NCBI RefSeq assembly: GCF_004010195.1
Contig: NC_057719.1
Span: 10,030,170-10,094,169, forward strand
DNA from: Chiloscyllium plagiosum
Lineage: Eukaryota
Reading direction: 5' to 3'
Length of the DNA: 64,000 bases
The notes beneath the pieces are model-generated. The model had not been told where the DNA came from. It was given only the letters and a program-made list of their open reading frames with translations, and did no database searches. The position numbers and the translations under genes are program-made. Of this stretch, positions 52,596 through 64,000 are shown piece after piece. The stretch's first letter is position 1. Each line of letters begins with the position of its first letter.

Positions 52596-53761
52596 CTGAG
52601 AAAGTCCACAGTCAAAAGAAAAAAATCACCGATATCTTTTTCAACAGCTGCACGTGCAGAGAGACTTGCCCGTTTCCGTCAGTGGTCTGCGCTCCTCTTC
52701 ATTATTGGGTAAATTCAGAGTGTGCATCTCAGCGTGGTGCAAACCACTCCAAATGGAGTGGATGATAACTCAGTAGGTAGGCAAGGTGGTGATGTAATGG
52801 GAATGTCACTGAGTTAGTAATTCACAAAACTATGCTAATATCCTGACGGGGTCAGCTTGAATCCCATCACAACAGAGGGTGAAGTTTGACTAGTGATAGC
52901 CATTGCCAATTTTTGTAAAAACTCCACCTGTTCATTAATGTCCTTTAGCAAAGTTGGCCAGCCCTATGTGTGACTTTGGATCCACAGCAATGTGGTTGAT
53001 TATAAACTGCCCTCTGTGGTATAAGTACTGGTCAAGCCAATGACGCCCACATCCCATGTTAGCTGAGAGATGATTTTTGACCAGGTTATTGAAAGAAAGT
53101 CCTTGGTTTATCTCAATTTAATGCTGTGGGATCACTTGCATCCATTTGAAAAAGACCTTAGATGATAGAAACTGGAGCAGGAACAGACTATTTAGCCCCT
53201 CAAGCCTTCTCCGCCATCCAATACGATAATGGGATATTCCTCATTCCTCATGGGGCATTGCTGATAACCCTCAATTCTTGATCAGTAGGGGAATCAATCT
53301 GTCTTGGCCTTCAATATATATATAAAGGATCTGGCCCCACAGCTCTCTGTGGCAATGAGTTCCAAAAACTCACAACTGTCGGAGAGAAGAAATTCCTCCT
53401 CATCTCAGCCTTAAATTGGCACTCCATTTTGTCTGAGATTACGTCCTCTGGTCCCAGACTCTCCCACGATTCACAGATGGGAACTGCACCCAAAAAAGAA
53501 TGCACCTCATGTTCTTTATTCTTTCATCGGATGCGATTGTTGCTGGCATTTGGACATCAATAGTTGCCCTAAATGCCCTGGAGTGGCAGTGAGAAGGAAG
53601 TTAAGAAACAGCAAGACTGCTGTGGGTCTGCAGTTACATTTGGCCAGACCAGGTAATGATGGTAGGTTTCCTTCCTAAAGGGTATTAATGAACCAGATAG
53701 GCTTTTTTTTAAAACCAAGATCAATGATAGCTTTCACAGTCACCATTATTGAGACAAACTT

Positions 53762-54090
53762 TCATAGAATTGCTACTGTGTGGACCTCGGCCATTTGGCC
53801 CATCAAGTCCACATAGACCTTTTGAATAGCATCCCACCCAGACCCATTCATTTTTCCCATGGCTAACCCACCTAGCCTGCACATCCTTGGACACTACTGG
53901 CAATTTAGCATGGCCAATGCAGCTAACCTGCACAGCTTTAGATTGAGAGGGGAAACCGGCACACCCAGAGGAAACCCACACAGACACGGGGAAAACATGC
54001 ACATTCCACACAATTGCCTGAGGCTGGAATCGAACCCAAATCCCTAGGACTGTGAGGCAATAGTGCTAAACACTGAGCCACCTTGCAGCC
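53762..54090 (-). mobile_element. HE1-type SINE
   Basis: Head, core and tail homology. Confidence 0.88.
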
Positions 54091-54836
54091 CAGTTCCAGA
54101 TTTTATTGCAAACAAAGTGCTGCAGAAACTCAGTACTGTAGAAAGAGTCAAAATTTCAACTTGAATCTCTATGTTCTTTCAAACATATGTTGGAGTGGTA
54201 ACATTAACCTAAATTTCAGTCAGTGAATTGAACATAGAACAGTGCAGGCCCTTCAGCCCACAACATTGTGACGAGCACTTATCTTAATCTAAGATCAACA
54301 CACCCCTCAATTTACTGCCATCCATGTGCTTGTTTCAGCAGTCACATAAACAGTCTTAATGTCTCTGACTCTGCTACCACTATCCCTTTTCCTAACTATG
54401 TCATTGGTATCAATGTGCACCACGACTTCTGGCTGCTCACCCTCCCCCTTCAGAATCTTGCAGACTCAGACTTTCCTAATTGCAGTTGCTGTGGTGGGAT
54501 TTGAGCTTGTGTCTATTATGCACTGGGTGACATTACCACGTCACCATCCCTGCTGTACCATCAGCCTGGATTGTGAGCTCAAGTTAAAGGAATGGGATTT
54601 AAACCCACTCAGCTGGGAATACTTCCCTTATCAAAAATCATCCCTCATCCAACATCACCGTATTATCAATCACTCATTGAAGGAGGATCATGGAGTTGAC
54701 AGACACATTAAAACTGCCTTCATTTTAGTGACACAGCAACAGGGGAAAAATAAATATTTTGACCTATGGAACCACAACATTGAATAACTTAGAATAAAGA
54801 TGCGTAAGACTTTTTAATGGTCATTTTGCAACTTGC

Positions 54837-54969
54837 TGTCCAGTGTTTCCAATGAGCTTGAGAGATATTGAACTTTGCAATACGGAACGGGGCCATCTGT
54901 CTGGTCCAAAAGGTCAGGGTCACCAGTCCATATTTCCAGGACTTGGTCTGTTCCTTTGTAGTTGCAAAT
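54837..54969 (-). CDS. candidate exon (ICNYKGTDQVLEIWT...); donor uncertain (internal G|gtgacc or A|gcaagt at 54836)
   Basis: Open frame in unique sequence; phase 0->1 fits the neighbours; weak acceptor. Confidence 0.3.
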
Positions 54970-55536
54970 CTATTTTTTTTTAATGCAAAAAAGTTTCTAT
55001 TTGAGGGAGAAATTCAAGGAAAGTTCTTCACACAGAAGGTGGGGGGTGTTGGAATGCACTGCCAATGGAAGTGGTTGATGCAGGTATGTTATTAATGTTT
55101 AAGGTATAAGTTGATAGACACATGAACGGAAGGTGAACAGAGGGATAGAAACTGCATATAGGCAATAAGTAGCGGGTGTAAATAAGGATTAGAATTGGTG
55201 AAGATTTGGTGTTCCTTTGCTGTGCTGAATTGAGTAGGTAAAAGCAATGACTGCAGATGCTGGAAACCAGATTCTGGATTAGAGTGGTGCTAGAAAAGCA
55301 CAGCAGTTCAGGCAGCATTCAAGGAGCAGGAAAATCAATGTTTCGGGCAAAAGCCCTTCATCAGAAATAGAGGGAATTGTATTGTATTGTATTTCTAATA
55401 CCCTTTCAGCAGTGAGCTGCAGTCCTCTGGCTTAAACAAAGACTCACCTCCCCCCCACTTTAAATCTGTGAAATCCATGTTACATTTTTATTGAGAAATA
55501 CCCTCTTAGAGGGTAGTGAATCAGGGGCAGTAGATA

Positions 55537-55880
55537 GCATGGTGGCTTAGTGGTTAGCACTGATGCCTCTTAGCACCAGGAACCCAGGTTCAATTCCAGC
55601 CTTGGGCAACTGTGTGTGTAATTTGCACATTCTCCCTGTGTCTGCATGGCTCTCCTCTGGGTGCTCCAGTTTCCTTCCACAGTTCAAAGATATACAGGTT
55701 AGATGGATTGGTCATGCTAAATTGTCCCACAGATGTGCAGGCTAGATGGGTTAGCAATGAGGAAGGCAGGGTTATGGGGATAGAGTGGTGGTCTGGATCT
55801 GGGTGAGATGCCATTCAGAGGGTTGGTGCTGTCTTGATGGGCCAAATGGCCTCTTTTGGCACTGTACGGATTCTACGATC
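55537..55880 (+). mobile_element. HE1-type SINE
   Basis: A/B box head and core. Confidence 0.85.
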
Positions 55881-56442
55881 TGTGGAATTCTTTACCATAG
55901 GTGGTTCCCAAGGCTGGGTCATTAAGTACATTCGTAGCTGAGACAGGCATTGTTAATCAGTGAAGGTTCAAGGGTGATCGGGAATGGGCAGGAAAGTGGT
56001 GTTGAGGATTATCAGATCAGGCATTAGCTCATTGAATAGCAGAGCAGAATTGATGGGCTGAATGGTCTACTTCAGCTCCTACTTATCATGTGACAAAAAA
56101 GAAGTTAGCTTTGGGAAACAAAAGCCCACACTATCTAATGCTGAAGGTCAATGTTGAAGCAAAGATGGTTTAGGCTGACTACCCACTACTTTGACTGATG
56201 AAAATTGATGCATTTATAACGATTCCTGAAATGCCCTATGCTTCGGATTGAAGCACATTTTTTATTCTTCAATGTTAAAGCTACAGGAATACATTGTGAA
56301 TTTATTGAGAATAGAAACAAGCTGCGGGGAAACAAAGTACACTCTAGTAATGGAAGACATCAACAATCCTTCACATTTGAGCAAAGCAATGCATATAAAA
56401 AGAATTCCATTGCTTTGAAACATCTGAAGAGTTATCACTTAC

Positions 56443-56482
56443 ATTCAGTGTCTTTACAATGAACCAGTCATAAATGTCAATA
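56443..56482 (-). CDS. candidate exon (SIDIYDWFIVKTLN)
   Basis: Donor AAT|gtaagt; acceptor cacaatgtag (or an in-frame AG at 56510); phase 2->0. Confidence 0.45.
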
Positions 56483-56759
56483 CTACATTGTGATGGGTAA
56501 CCAAGAATGCTCAGTCCAAGAACAAAAGGTGTAGTTTATGCTTTTATAAGCAGGTCTAAGCGGCATCTTTTGAAATCAAAGAAGACTCACGAGTATAGGA
56601 ATGCAAGTAGTCCATTCAGCCCATCCAATTTGCCTCAGCATTCGATGTGATCATGGCTGATTGAACATCTTGTAGTGATTGGAATCAGGTGGATCTTGTT
56701 GACTACAAGATCCTTGATTGGGGCTGTTAACCTGGGCCAATCTGGAAGCCCTGACTGAC

Positions 56760-57900
56760 CAATAAAAAAAGGGGAAATAAAGATTTGTGCACTTTGTGTC
56801 TTTCACTGTGTCTCACACCTGCACACACACACCATGGGTGCTGGGGAAAAAAAAAAAGAAACAAAAAAAAAATATATAAATAGGGATTCACACAGCACTG
56901 CCCTTTGGTGGGAAAGGCACTGCTGGTCACAGGCCACTTGGGTGTTTGTGCAAGGACTCTCCTTGAAGGTGACTATCCCTAGACAGCTGCCAAAAAAAAA
57001 AGGGGAAATAAAGATTCGTGCACTTTGTGTCTCTCACTGTGTCTCACAGCTGCACACACAAAAAAAGGAGTGTACCATGGGAAAAAAAAAGGGAAAAAAA
57101 AAAAGGGGAAATTGATTAAAGATTTGTACACCTGGTACCTTTCACTGTGTCTCATGCACACAGACGGTGTTGGTGTTGGTGTTGGTGTTGGTCTGCACAC
57201 ACACAACATGGGTGCTGGGGAAAAAAATAAGCACTACTACAGTTAGGTGGTAGCATAGGAAGAAAGAAAAAAAAGAAAAAAGAACAGGGGAAATTGAATA
57301 AAGATTTGTACACCTGGTACCTTTCACTGTGTCTCACGCATACAGACACCATGGGTGCTGGGGAAAATATAAGCACTACTGGAGTTAGGTGGTGGTGTTG
57401 GGGTAAAAATAGAACAGGGGATTGACTCAGCATTGCCCTCTGTCGAGAAGGGCATTGCTTATCACTGACGACTCGGATGTTTCTTTTCTCCCTGGTGGTG
57501 AAATAAAACAAAGATTTATGCACTTGTTCTTCACTGTGTTCTCCATCTGCACAGACACGACACGGATACGGGGGACAAATAAGCAATACCGTTGTTAGGC
57601 AGTAGTGTGGGGGAAAATAAAAAAGGGGTGTCTGGGGTTCTGCTAAAAAATACAAAGATAAAAAGGGGATTCACTCAGCACCGCGCTCTGTTGAGGAGGG
57701 CACTGCTTGTCACTGGCCACTTAGGGGTTTCCTTCCTGGTGGTGAAATATGAATAAAGATTCCTCCAATCATTTTCTCTCACTATGTTCCACACCTGCAC
57801 ACACACAACATGGGTGCTGGGTAATAAATAAGTACAACAGCTGTCTGGTGGTAGTGCAGGGTAAGAAAAAGTATAAACAGGGATTCCAAATCCCCTAAGA
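56760..57900 (+). repeat. irregular tandem array of ~120-250 bp units with A-tracts and conserved hairpins
   Basis: Recurring aataaagatt(t/c)gtgcac..tcactgtgtctcacacctgcacacacac(c/a)atgggtgctggggaaaa, about 6 times. Confidence 0.85.
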
Positions 57901-58599
57901 AAAACGAAAAAGAAAAAAAAATATAAACAGGGGATTCAGAGAATCTCCTGAATTCAGGACTGAATTGTGTGCTGGCTGGCCACAGCCACTATACTGTGGG
58001 GAAGAAATTAATTCCCTGGACTATAAGACATTTCCTAGCATTTTTATTCTTTATTTTTGTGTTCCTGGGTGTCTTTTCTTTAACTGGACTGTATGAAAAA
58101 GAAAAAGGAAAAGAAAAATAAAAACAGGGGATTTTGAACCACCTCAGTTCAGGTGACTGACTCTGAGATGGCTGGCCTCACAGCCAGTGAGTTAGTGTTG
58201 TTTTTTTTTTGGTAAATGGTTTCTGAATTGGCTGATCCAGACAGCCAGCTTGTTACTGTTGTTCCTCCTTGGAGACTGATTTCTGGGCTGGCTGACCACA
58301 CAGTTGTATTTCAGTTCTCGTGGGGAACTGTTGTTTCAGTGGCTGGTTGTAGACTATGTGTTACTCTTTTTGTTGATTTTGATGCAGGTCTTAGCCCTTG
58401 TATTATGGTTTTTAGTGTCTGCACTTTCTTTTTGCATGTGTTTTGACTTTTTGGTGTTTCGACTGAGTCCCTGAGAGTCAACTGCACATTTACAAGTGAA
58501 CTGTGTCTCTGTGAGTGGGCCTGGGCTTCTGTGGATGGACCAGGTCTCCATAGAAACTGAACACCTGTGTGTGTGCTGTGAGGTCTGCATTCGCTGCAT

Positions 58600-58676
58600 A
58601 CTGGTGTGGAATCCACATACTGGCATGGATTCCACATACGGATGTGGACTCCGCATACGGGCATGGACTCCGCATT
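58600..58676. repeat. ~20-bp tandem repeat (tgga[ac/tt]tcc[ag]catac), about 4 copies
   Basis: Direct observation. Confidence 0.8.
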
Positions 58677-58739
58677 ATTGATGGTTGGTTTTATCACCTG
58701 TGCTGTCTTGTGTACCCCTGAGTCTGGCAGGCCTTACTG

Positions 58740-59095
58740 CGAGCCGGAAGGTTCATAGGTCATCCTGAAAGCTGTCACTCAGTGAGCCAGCCAGTGGGTA
58801 GGCCATCCAAATGCTGGTCACCCCGAGAGCTGGAAGATGGGTCGGCCATCCCCATGCCAGTCGCTCTGAGGACCGGAAAGGAAGTGGGGTAGACCATCCC
58901 CATGCCGGTCGCCCTGAGGGCCGGAAGGTGAGGAGGCCACTCCGAGAGCCAGAAGGTGGGTAGGCCACCCCGATGCCAGTCACTCAGAGCCAGAAGGTGG
59001 GTAGGCCATCCCGATGCCAGTCGCTCAGAGCCAGAAGGTTGGTAGGCCATCCCGATGCCAGGCGCTCTGGGAACTGGAAGGTGGGTAGGCCACCT
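58740..59095. repeat. ~41-bp GC-rich minisatellite (gagccagaaggtgggtaggccatcccgatgccagtcgctca), about 8 copies
   Basis: Direct tandem units. Confidence 0.9.
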
Positions 59096-59679
59096 GTGTG
59101 CCATTGTCCTGAGGAAGGAGCTGGACAGGCTGTCCTAGAGGTGGCCGAAGGTTGTGTCAGGGTAAAGCAAAAGCTGGAAGGTGGAGGGGGGTGGGCTGAG
59201 AGCTAGAAGGCATGTGGGCCGTCCTGATCACTATTGTCCCAGGGAGATATAGAACGGGCAGTCCATGGGCCATATAATGCGTCGGGGCAAACTGAGAATA
59301 GGAAAGCGGGTCGGCCGTCCTAAGTGCTGTTGTCCTGGAAAGGTACCTGAACAGATTGTCTGAGTGGTGGCCAGAGGTGTGTTAGGGCAGACCAAGAACT
59401 GGAAGGGACGTAGCTGCCGGCTGCCTTCGAGTGGCCGAGAAGTGGCAGGGGCAGGCCATTCGCTGGTTTACCAGGGCTCTCTGTGTAACATGCATTGTTT
59501 TACTGTTTGGCTGATCAGAGTGTTTTGCATGTTTTTGTGTCTACTGTTTCTTCTTTGGTAAATTAAGGTGGGATTTGGGATCCGTCCACATTTCCCTGTG
59601 AATTGGTTGGACAGTGGGATTTGGGGTTTGGCTTTGCCATCACTTTCCCCTGTAAATTGCTGTCTATTGTTCTCTGTTT

Positions 59680-59887
59680 AAAAATCACATGACACCAGGT
59701 TACACTGCACCAGGTTTATTTGGAAGTACAAGCTTTCACAGCACTGGTCCTTCATCAGCTAGTCCACTTGACGAAGGAGCAGCGCTCCAAAAGCTAGTGC
59801 TTCCAAATAAACCTGTGGGACTATAACCTGGTGTCATGGGATTTTTAACTTTGTCCACCCTAGTCCAACACCAGCACCTCCACATCT
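59680..59887. mobile_element. inverted pair of Penelope pLTR fragments with degenerate hammerhead motifs
   Basis: 59680-59760 is the reverse complement of 59768-59846; homologous to the 7115 and 8760 pLTR ends. Confidence 0.8.
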
Positions 59888-59914
59888 GTTGACTGTTTGT
59901 ATTTTGTATCAAAT

Positions 59915-60192
59915 TCCAACAAGTCCACACCAACCCTCCAAAGACTATCCTACCCAAAATCATTCCCTATTACTCTACCTTTACCCCTGACTAATGCACC
60001 TAATCTACACATCCCTGAACACTAAGGGCAATTTAGCATAGCCAATTCACCTAACCTGTACATCTTTGGACTGCGGGAGGAAACTGGAGCACCCAGAGGA
60101 AACCTACACAGACACAGACAGTCTGTCAGGGGCTAGAATTGAACCCGGGTCCTTGGCACTGTAAGGTAGCAGTGCTAACCACTGGGTCACCA
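59915..60192 (-). mobile_element. HE1-type SINE
   Basis: Core and head homology. Confidence 0.85.
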
Positions 60193-60826
60193 AACAACCA
60201 TACAATTTGATAAAATATTTTTAAAAACACTGCATATCATGGGTACTGGTAATCAGAAATCTAACAATCTTTCCCTTGAACATACTCAAACATTGCGCTG
60301 AGAACTGACTGAGGATTGCAAACGCTCTGAGTAAAAGATATTCTCCTATTCTCAGACCTAAGTGGGATCTCGCTCATCTTTAAATTGTGGCCCTGGTTCT
60401 GGAGACCCCAACCAGGAGAAACATCTTCCCTGCATCTGCCCAAGCTATTCCTTTAAGTTTGACATAGAACACATCAACAAACTTTCAGGAAACTGGGATT
60501 ATAAATCAATGGAAATTTGCCAAATAAAAATTCTCTGCATAGATCCAACCAGAGACTGCTGCACTATTGAGGGCAAAATAAAATACGTCTCACAGTATGT
60601 TCTTGTAAAATTGGCAGCCACACTGCTAAATAAATACCAATCAATCTTCCATAATTTAATGAGTTAAAATGTTAACATTTATCCAGGATTTATCATGCAT
60701 TCAATTAAAAAAACATCAGGTTCACCCAAGCATTCTTGCGCAAAAGACTGACAATTCAAACACAAATATTCCTGGGTGTATTTATTCAATGAAAACAAAC
60801 ATAATTTCAATTCTTTGACTGCACAC

Positions 60827-60895
60827 CTGGGAAAGCCGTATATGTCTGAATCAACTTCACCATGCTGTGATTCCAAGCATGATTCATAGCAATTG
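60827..60895 (-). CDS. candidate exon (SNCYESCLESQHGEVDSDIYGFP)
   Basis: Acceptor cctatttgttctag, donor CAG|gtgtgc; 69 nt; phase 2->2 fits the 56482 exon. Confidence 0.5.
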
Positions 60896-61053
60896 CTAGA
60901 ACAAATAGGTCCACACAATTCTACCACAGTAGGGATGGACATTTAGAAATACTCAATGACATGAGGCCTTTCTTACACTGCTCGCTCTCTCTCTCACTCT
61001 GTCTGTCTGTCTCTCTTTCAGTACAGCAACCAATCATTGATTTGTACATTGAC

Positions 61054-61110
61054 CTATGGTTATGCTTAGCTTGTTCAAATGTTGCCTTGTGCAGATGGCT
61101 GACCATCATT
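61054..61110 (-). CDS. candidate exon (MMVSHLHKATFEQAKHNH)
   Basis: Acceptor tctgtatgtcttaag, weak donor AG|gtcaat; 57 nt; phase-compatible. Confidence 0.35.
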
Positions 61111-63054
61111 CTTAAGACATACAGATGTATTGGTTGTGTTAACTGGCAGGCTTTTGGAAATTGATACTGAACCTATCTGGTTGCATTATGTGTGCGTGCA
61201 TGTGGGACTCCCTCGGAACAAAAAATCGCATTTACTCATGGCTTAACACAGAAGGACAGAATATAAGAGCAGGAGGAGACCTGCTTCACTATCCAATGAC
61301 CTTGCTGATCAGCCAACTCAGTAATATAAAACAAAGAACTGTGGAGGCTGGAAATCCGAAACAAAATCTGAAATTGCTGGAGAAACTCAGCTGGTCTCGT
61401 GAAATGGAGAGAGGAACCGGGTTAATATTTTAGGTCCAGGACCTTTCTTCAGAACACATAGAGCCCCAAGCTGGCGGTTGATGGCCTAGTAGTATTATCA
61501 CTGGGCTATTAATCCAGAGACCCAGGTAATGTTCTGGGGACCTAGGTTCAAATCCTGCCATGCAGATGGTAGAATTTCAATTCAGTAATAGTCTGGAATT
61601 AAAAAGCTTATGATGACCATGAAACAATTGCAAATTGTTGGGGGTGGGGAAACCCATTTGATTCACTAATGCACTTCAGGGAAGGAAATTCGTTATCCTC
61701 ACCTGGTCTGGCCGACACATGACTCCTGACCTCATGTAGTTGACTCTTAACTGCCCTCTGAACTATTAGGGATGGGCAATACATGTTGGCTCTGAGCTAG
61801 CTGAGTCACTGTCATGTACTATGCACGGGTGAATAAAGAGTGACTTGGTGATGGGATACTGGCCTTTCTGGAGTTATTTTAGAAAGCACCATTGGAACTC
61901 TGTTTGAATGAATGAAAAAGGATTCACGCGATTCTCAAGCTCAATTAGGGACGAACAACAAGTGCTGGCCCAACCAGCGACACCCACATCCCCTGAATGA
62001 ATGAATAAAACAAACTCCTGCTGCTTGTTCAGAAAATACAAGCCGACACGCACTTCAGTACCTATCCAGCATTCATTCTGCACCAATTTTCAATGATTAC
62101 AATCTATTCAGGGGCTACTAAGCTGAACAGACAAACAAAGATCAGCTGATCAGCTATGAAGATTAAAGATAGCAACAAGGCAATTTTGTTCCCAAGCAAA
62201 TTTCACTGGGTGCCTGCAGTCTCCTTCACTGATTCACCCTCTTCATTCCGCAACAGCTCTCTGGCAGCAATCAGCCCAAATGTTGTTAGAATATGAATTG
62301 CAAAAATTGATAAAGATATTTGCCTCGAATCCAAAGATATTTGGATATAGTATTTAAAGCCATCAATCACTCTCCTACCTTTGTTATAGAGTATAACACA
62401 TCGATGTTGAGTCAGCAGTACTTTGGCTTTAAAGCCCTCATCCATCTGTCCAAATCCCTCTTGGCCTTGTCCCTCCCTGTCGCCGCCAACTTCCCAACAA
62501 CATTCCCAAATCTCAACACTCCTCTTGTCCCAACTTCCATGCTTTAATCCCTTCATGCTTGGTGGCTGTTCCTTTCAGCAGCTTCAGGCCCACAGCTTTG
62601 GAATTCCTTCACAAAACCTCTCTGCCGTCCATTTCTGTCTTGCTCCTGCAATGAGTGTTGGTTAGCTAAGTTGGCTAGCTAGTCATGTTTGTAATGCAGA
62701 GTGACACAGACAGCATGGGTTTAATTCCAGCTGAGGTGACTATGAAAGATTCTCCTTTTCAACCTCTCCCCTTGCCTGAGGTGTGGTGACCCTCAGTTGT
62801 TACTCACATTGCCTGGGAAGATGATGGCCTGGTGGTATGATCACTGGGCTACTCACCCAGAGACCCACGTAATGTTCTGGGGACCTGGGTTTGAATCCCA
62901 CCATGAATTCAAAAAATAAATTTTGTAAATAAGAGTCTAATGATGATCAATTGTCAGGAAAAACCCATGTGGTTCACTAATGTCCTCTTGGGAAGGAAAC
63001 TACTGTCCTTACCTGGTCCAGTCTGCATGTGATGCCAGACCCACACCAATGTTA

Positions 63055-63268
63055 GCATCAAGGCACTTTACCTGAATGCTCGTAGCATTCATAACAAAGC
63101 AGACGAACTAATGGCACAGATCATTGTGAATGATTATGATGTAGTAGGGATCACAGAGACGTGGTTACAGGGGGGTCAGGACTGGCAGTTAAACATGCAA
63201 GGGTTTTCAACTTATCGAAAAAACAGGGAGGTGGGCAGAGGGGGCGGGGTTGCCTTGTTAGTTAAGAA
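63055..63268 (+). mobile_element. CR1-clade LINE ORF2 APE-endonuclease N-terminus, running into the gap
   Basis: ALYLNARSIHNKADEL..YDVVGITETWL..YRKNREVGRGGGVALLVK, uninterrupted. Confidence 0.92.
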
Positions 63269-63729
63269 NNNNNNNNNNNNNNNNNNNNNNNNNNNNNNNN
63301 NNNNNNNNNNNNNNNNNNNNNNNNNNNNNNNNNNNNNNNNNNNNNNNNNNNNNNNNNNNNNNNNNNNNNNNNNNNNNNNNNNNNNNNNNNNNNNNNNNNN
63401 NNNNNNNNNNNNNNNNNNNNNNNNNNNNNNNNNNNNNNNNNNNNNNNNNNNNNNNNNNNNNNNNNNNNNNNNNNNNNNNNNNNNNNNNNNNNNNNNNNNN
63501 NNNNNNNNNNNNNNNNNNNNNNNNNNNNNNNNNNNNNNNNNNNNNNNNNNNNNNNNNNNNNNNNNNNNNNNNNNNNNNNNNNNNNNNNNNNNNNNNNNNN
63601 NNNNNNNNNNNNNNNNNNNNNNNNNNNNNNNNNNNNNNNNNNNNNNNNNNNNNNNNNNNNNNNNNNNNNNNNNNNNNNNNNNNNNNNNNNNNNNNNNNNN
63701 NNNNNNNNNNNNNNNNNNNNNNNNNNNNN
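63269..63729. other. assembly gap (461 N)
   Basis: Run of N. Confidence 1.
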
Positions 63730-64000
63730 CCCCCCCCACTATCCCCATTGAACACCCACCCCCTCCCTGGGGCAGCCAGACTGTATACCAGCCAGACTGT
63801 ATACCAGCCAGACTGCTGCTACCATCTTTGTGGGCTAAGTCTCCAAATAGCGCGTGCGCGCACACAAACTTTTTACTGCAACATTTTGACAGGTTGCACC
63901 TTTGCCCTGTACAGGACAATGTTAGAGAGATGATCTGGTGAAGGGGGTTTAGGGTACACTCCTGCGGGAAGAGAGGGCAGGAGGTCAGTCATTTGGAGAC

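Noticed and set aside
62203..62556. 117-aa minus ORF
   Set aside because: The first half is repeat-derived; no credible acceptor/donor pair and no recognisable domain.
63111..63941. Long ORFs of 165-276 aa near the window end
   Set aside because: Artefacts of translating through the N gap.

Overview
Vertebrate genomic DNA, most likely from a cartilaginous fish (shark). This is inferred from abundant HE1-type tRNA SINEs with (TTAGA)n tails and HER1/CR1-type LINE fragments. Nearly all ORFs in the supplied track are repeat artefacts. Manual reading shows four main things. (1) A multi-exon protein-coding gene on the minus strand spans almost the whole window, with 10 consecutive phase-compatible GT-AG exons from 51597 to 5684 plus weaker upstream candidates; I could not name it. 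(2) A heavily decayed but structurally recognisable Ty1/copia LTR retrotransposon of GalEa type (~9268-13980, minus) lies in an intron, with two LTRs, a tRNAi-Met-like PBS, a PPT, and gag, RT and RNase H relics, riddled with younger insertions. (3) A Penelope-like element with a GIY-YIG relic and inverted terminal repeats is present, along with many short Penelope-derived repeats carrying minimal hammerhead-ribozyme motifs; two of these are essentially intact and in the sense of the host pre-mRNA. (4) A ~3 kb composite repeat island (56.7-59.7 kb) contains hairpin-bearing repeat units and minisatellites. A 461-N assembly gap lies at 63269-63729. Repeat boundaries are approximate, and family names come from recalled motifs, not database searches.
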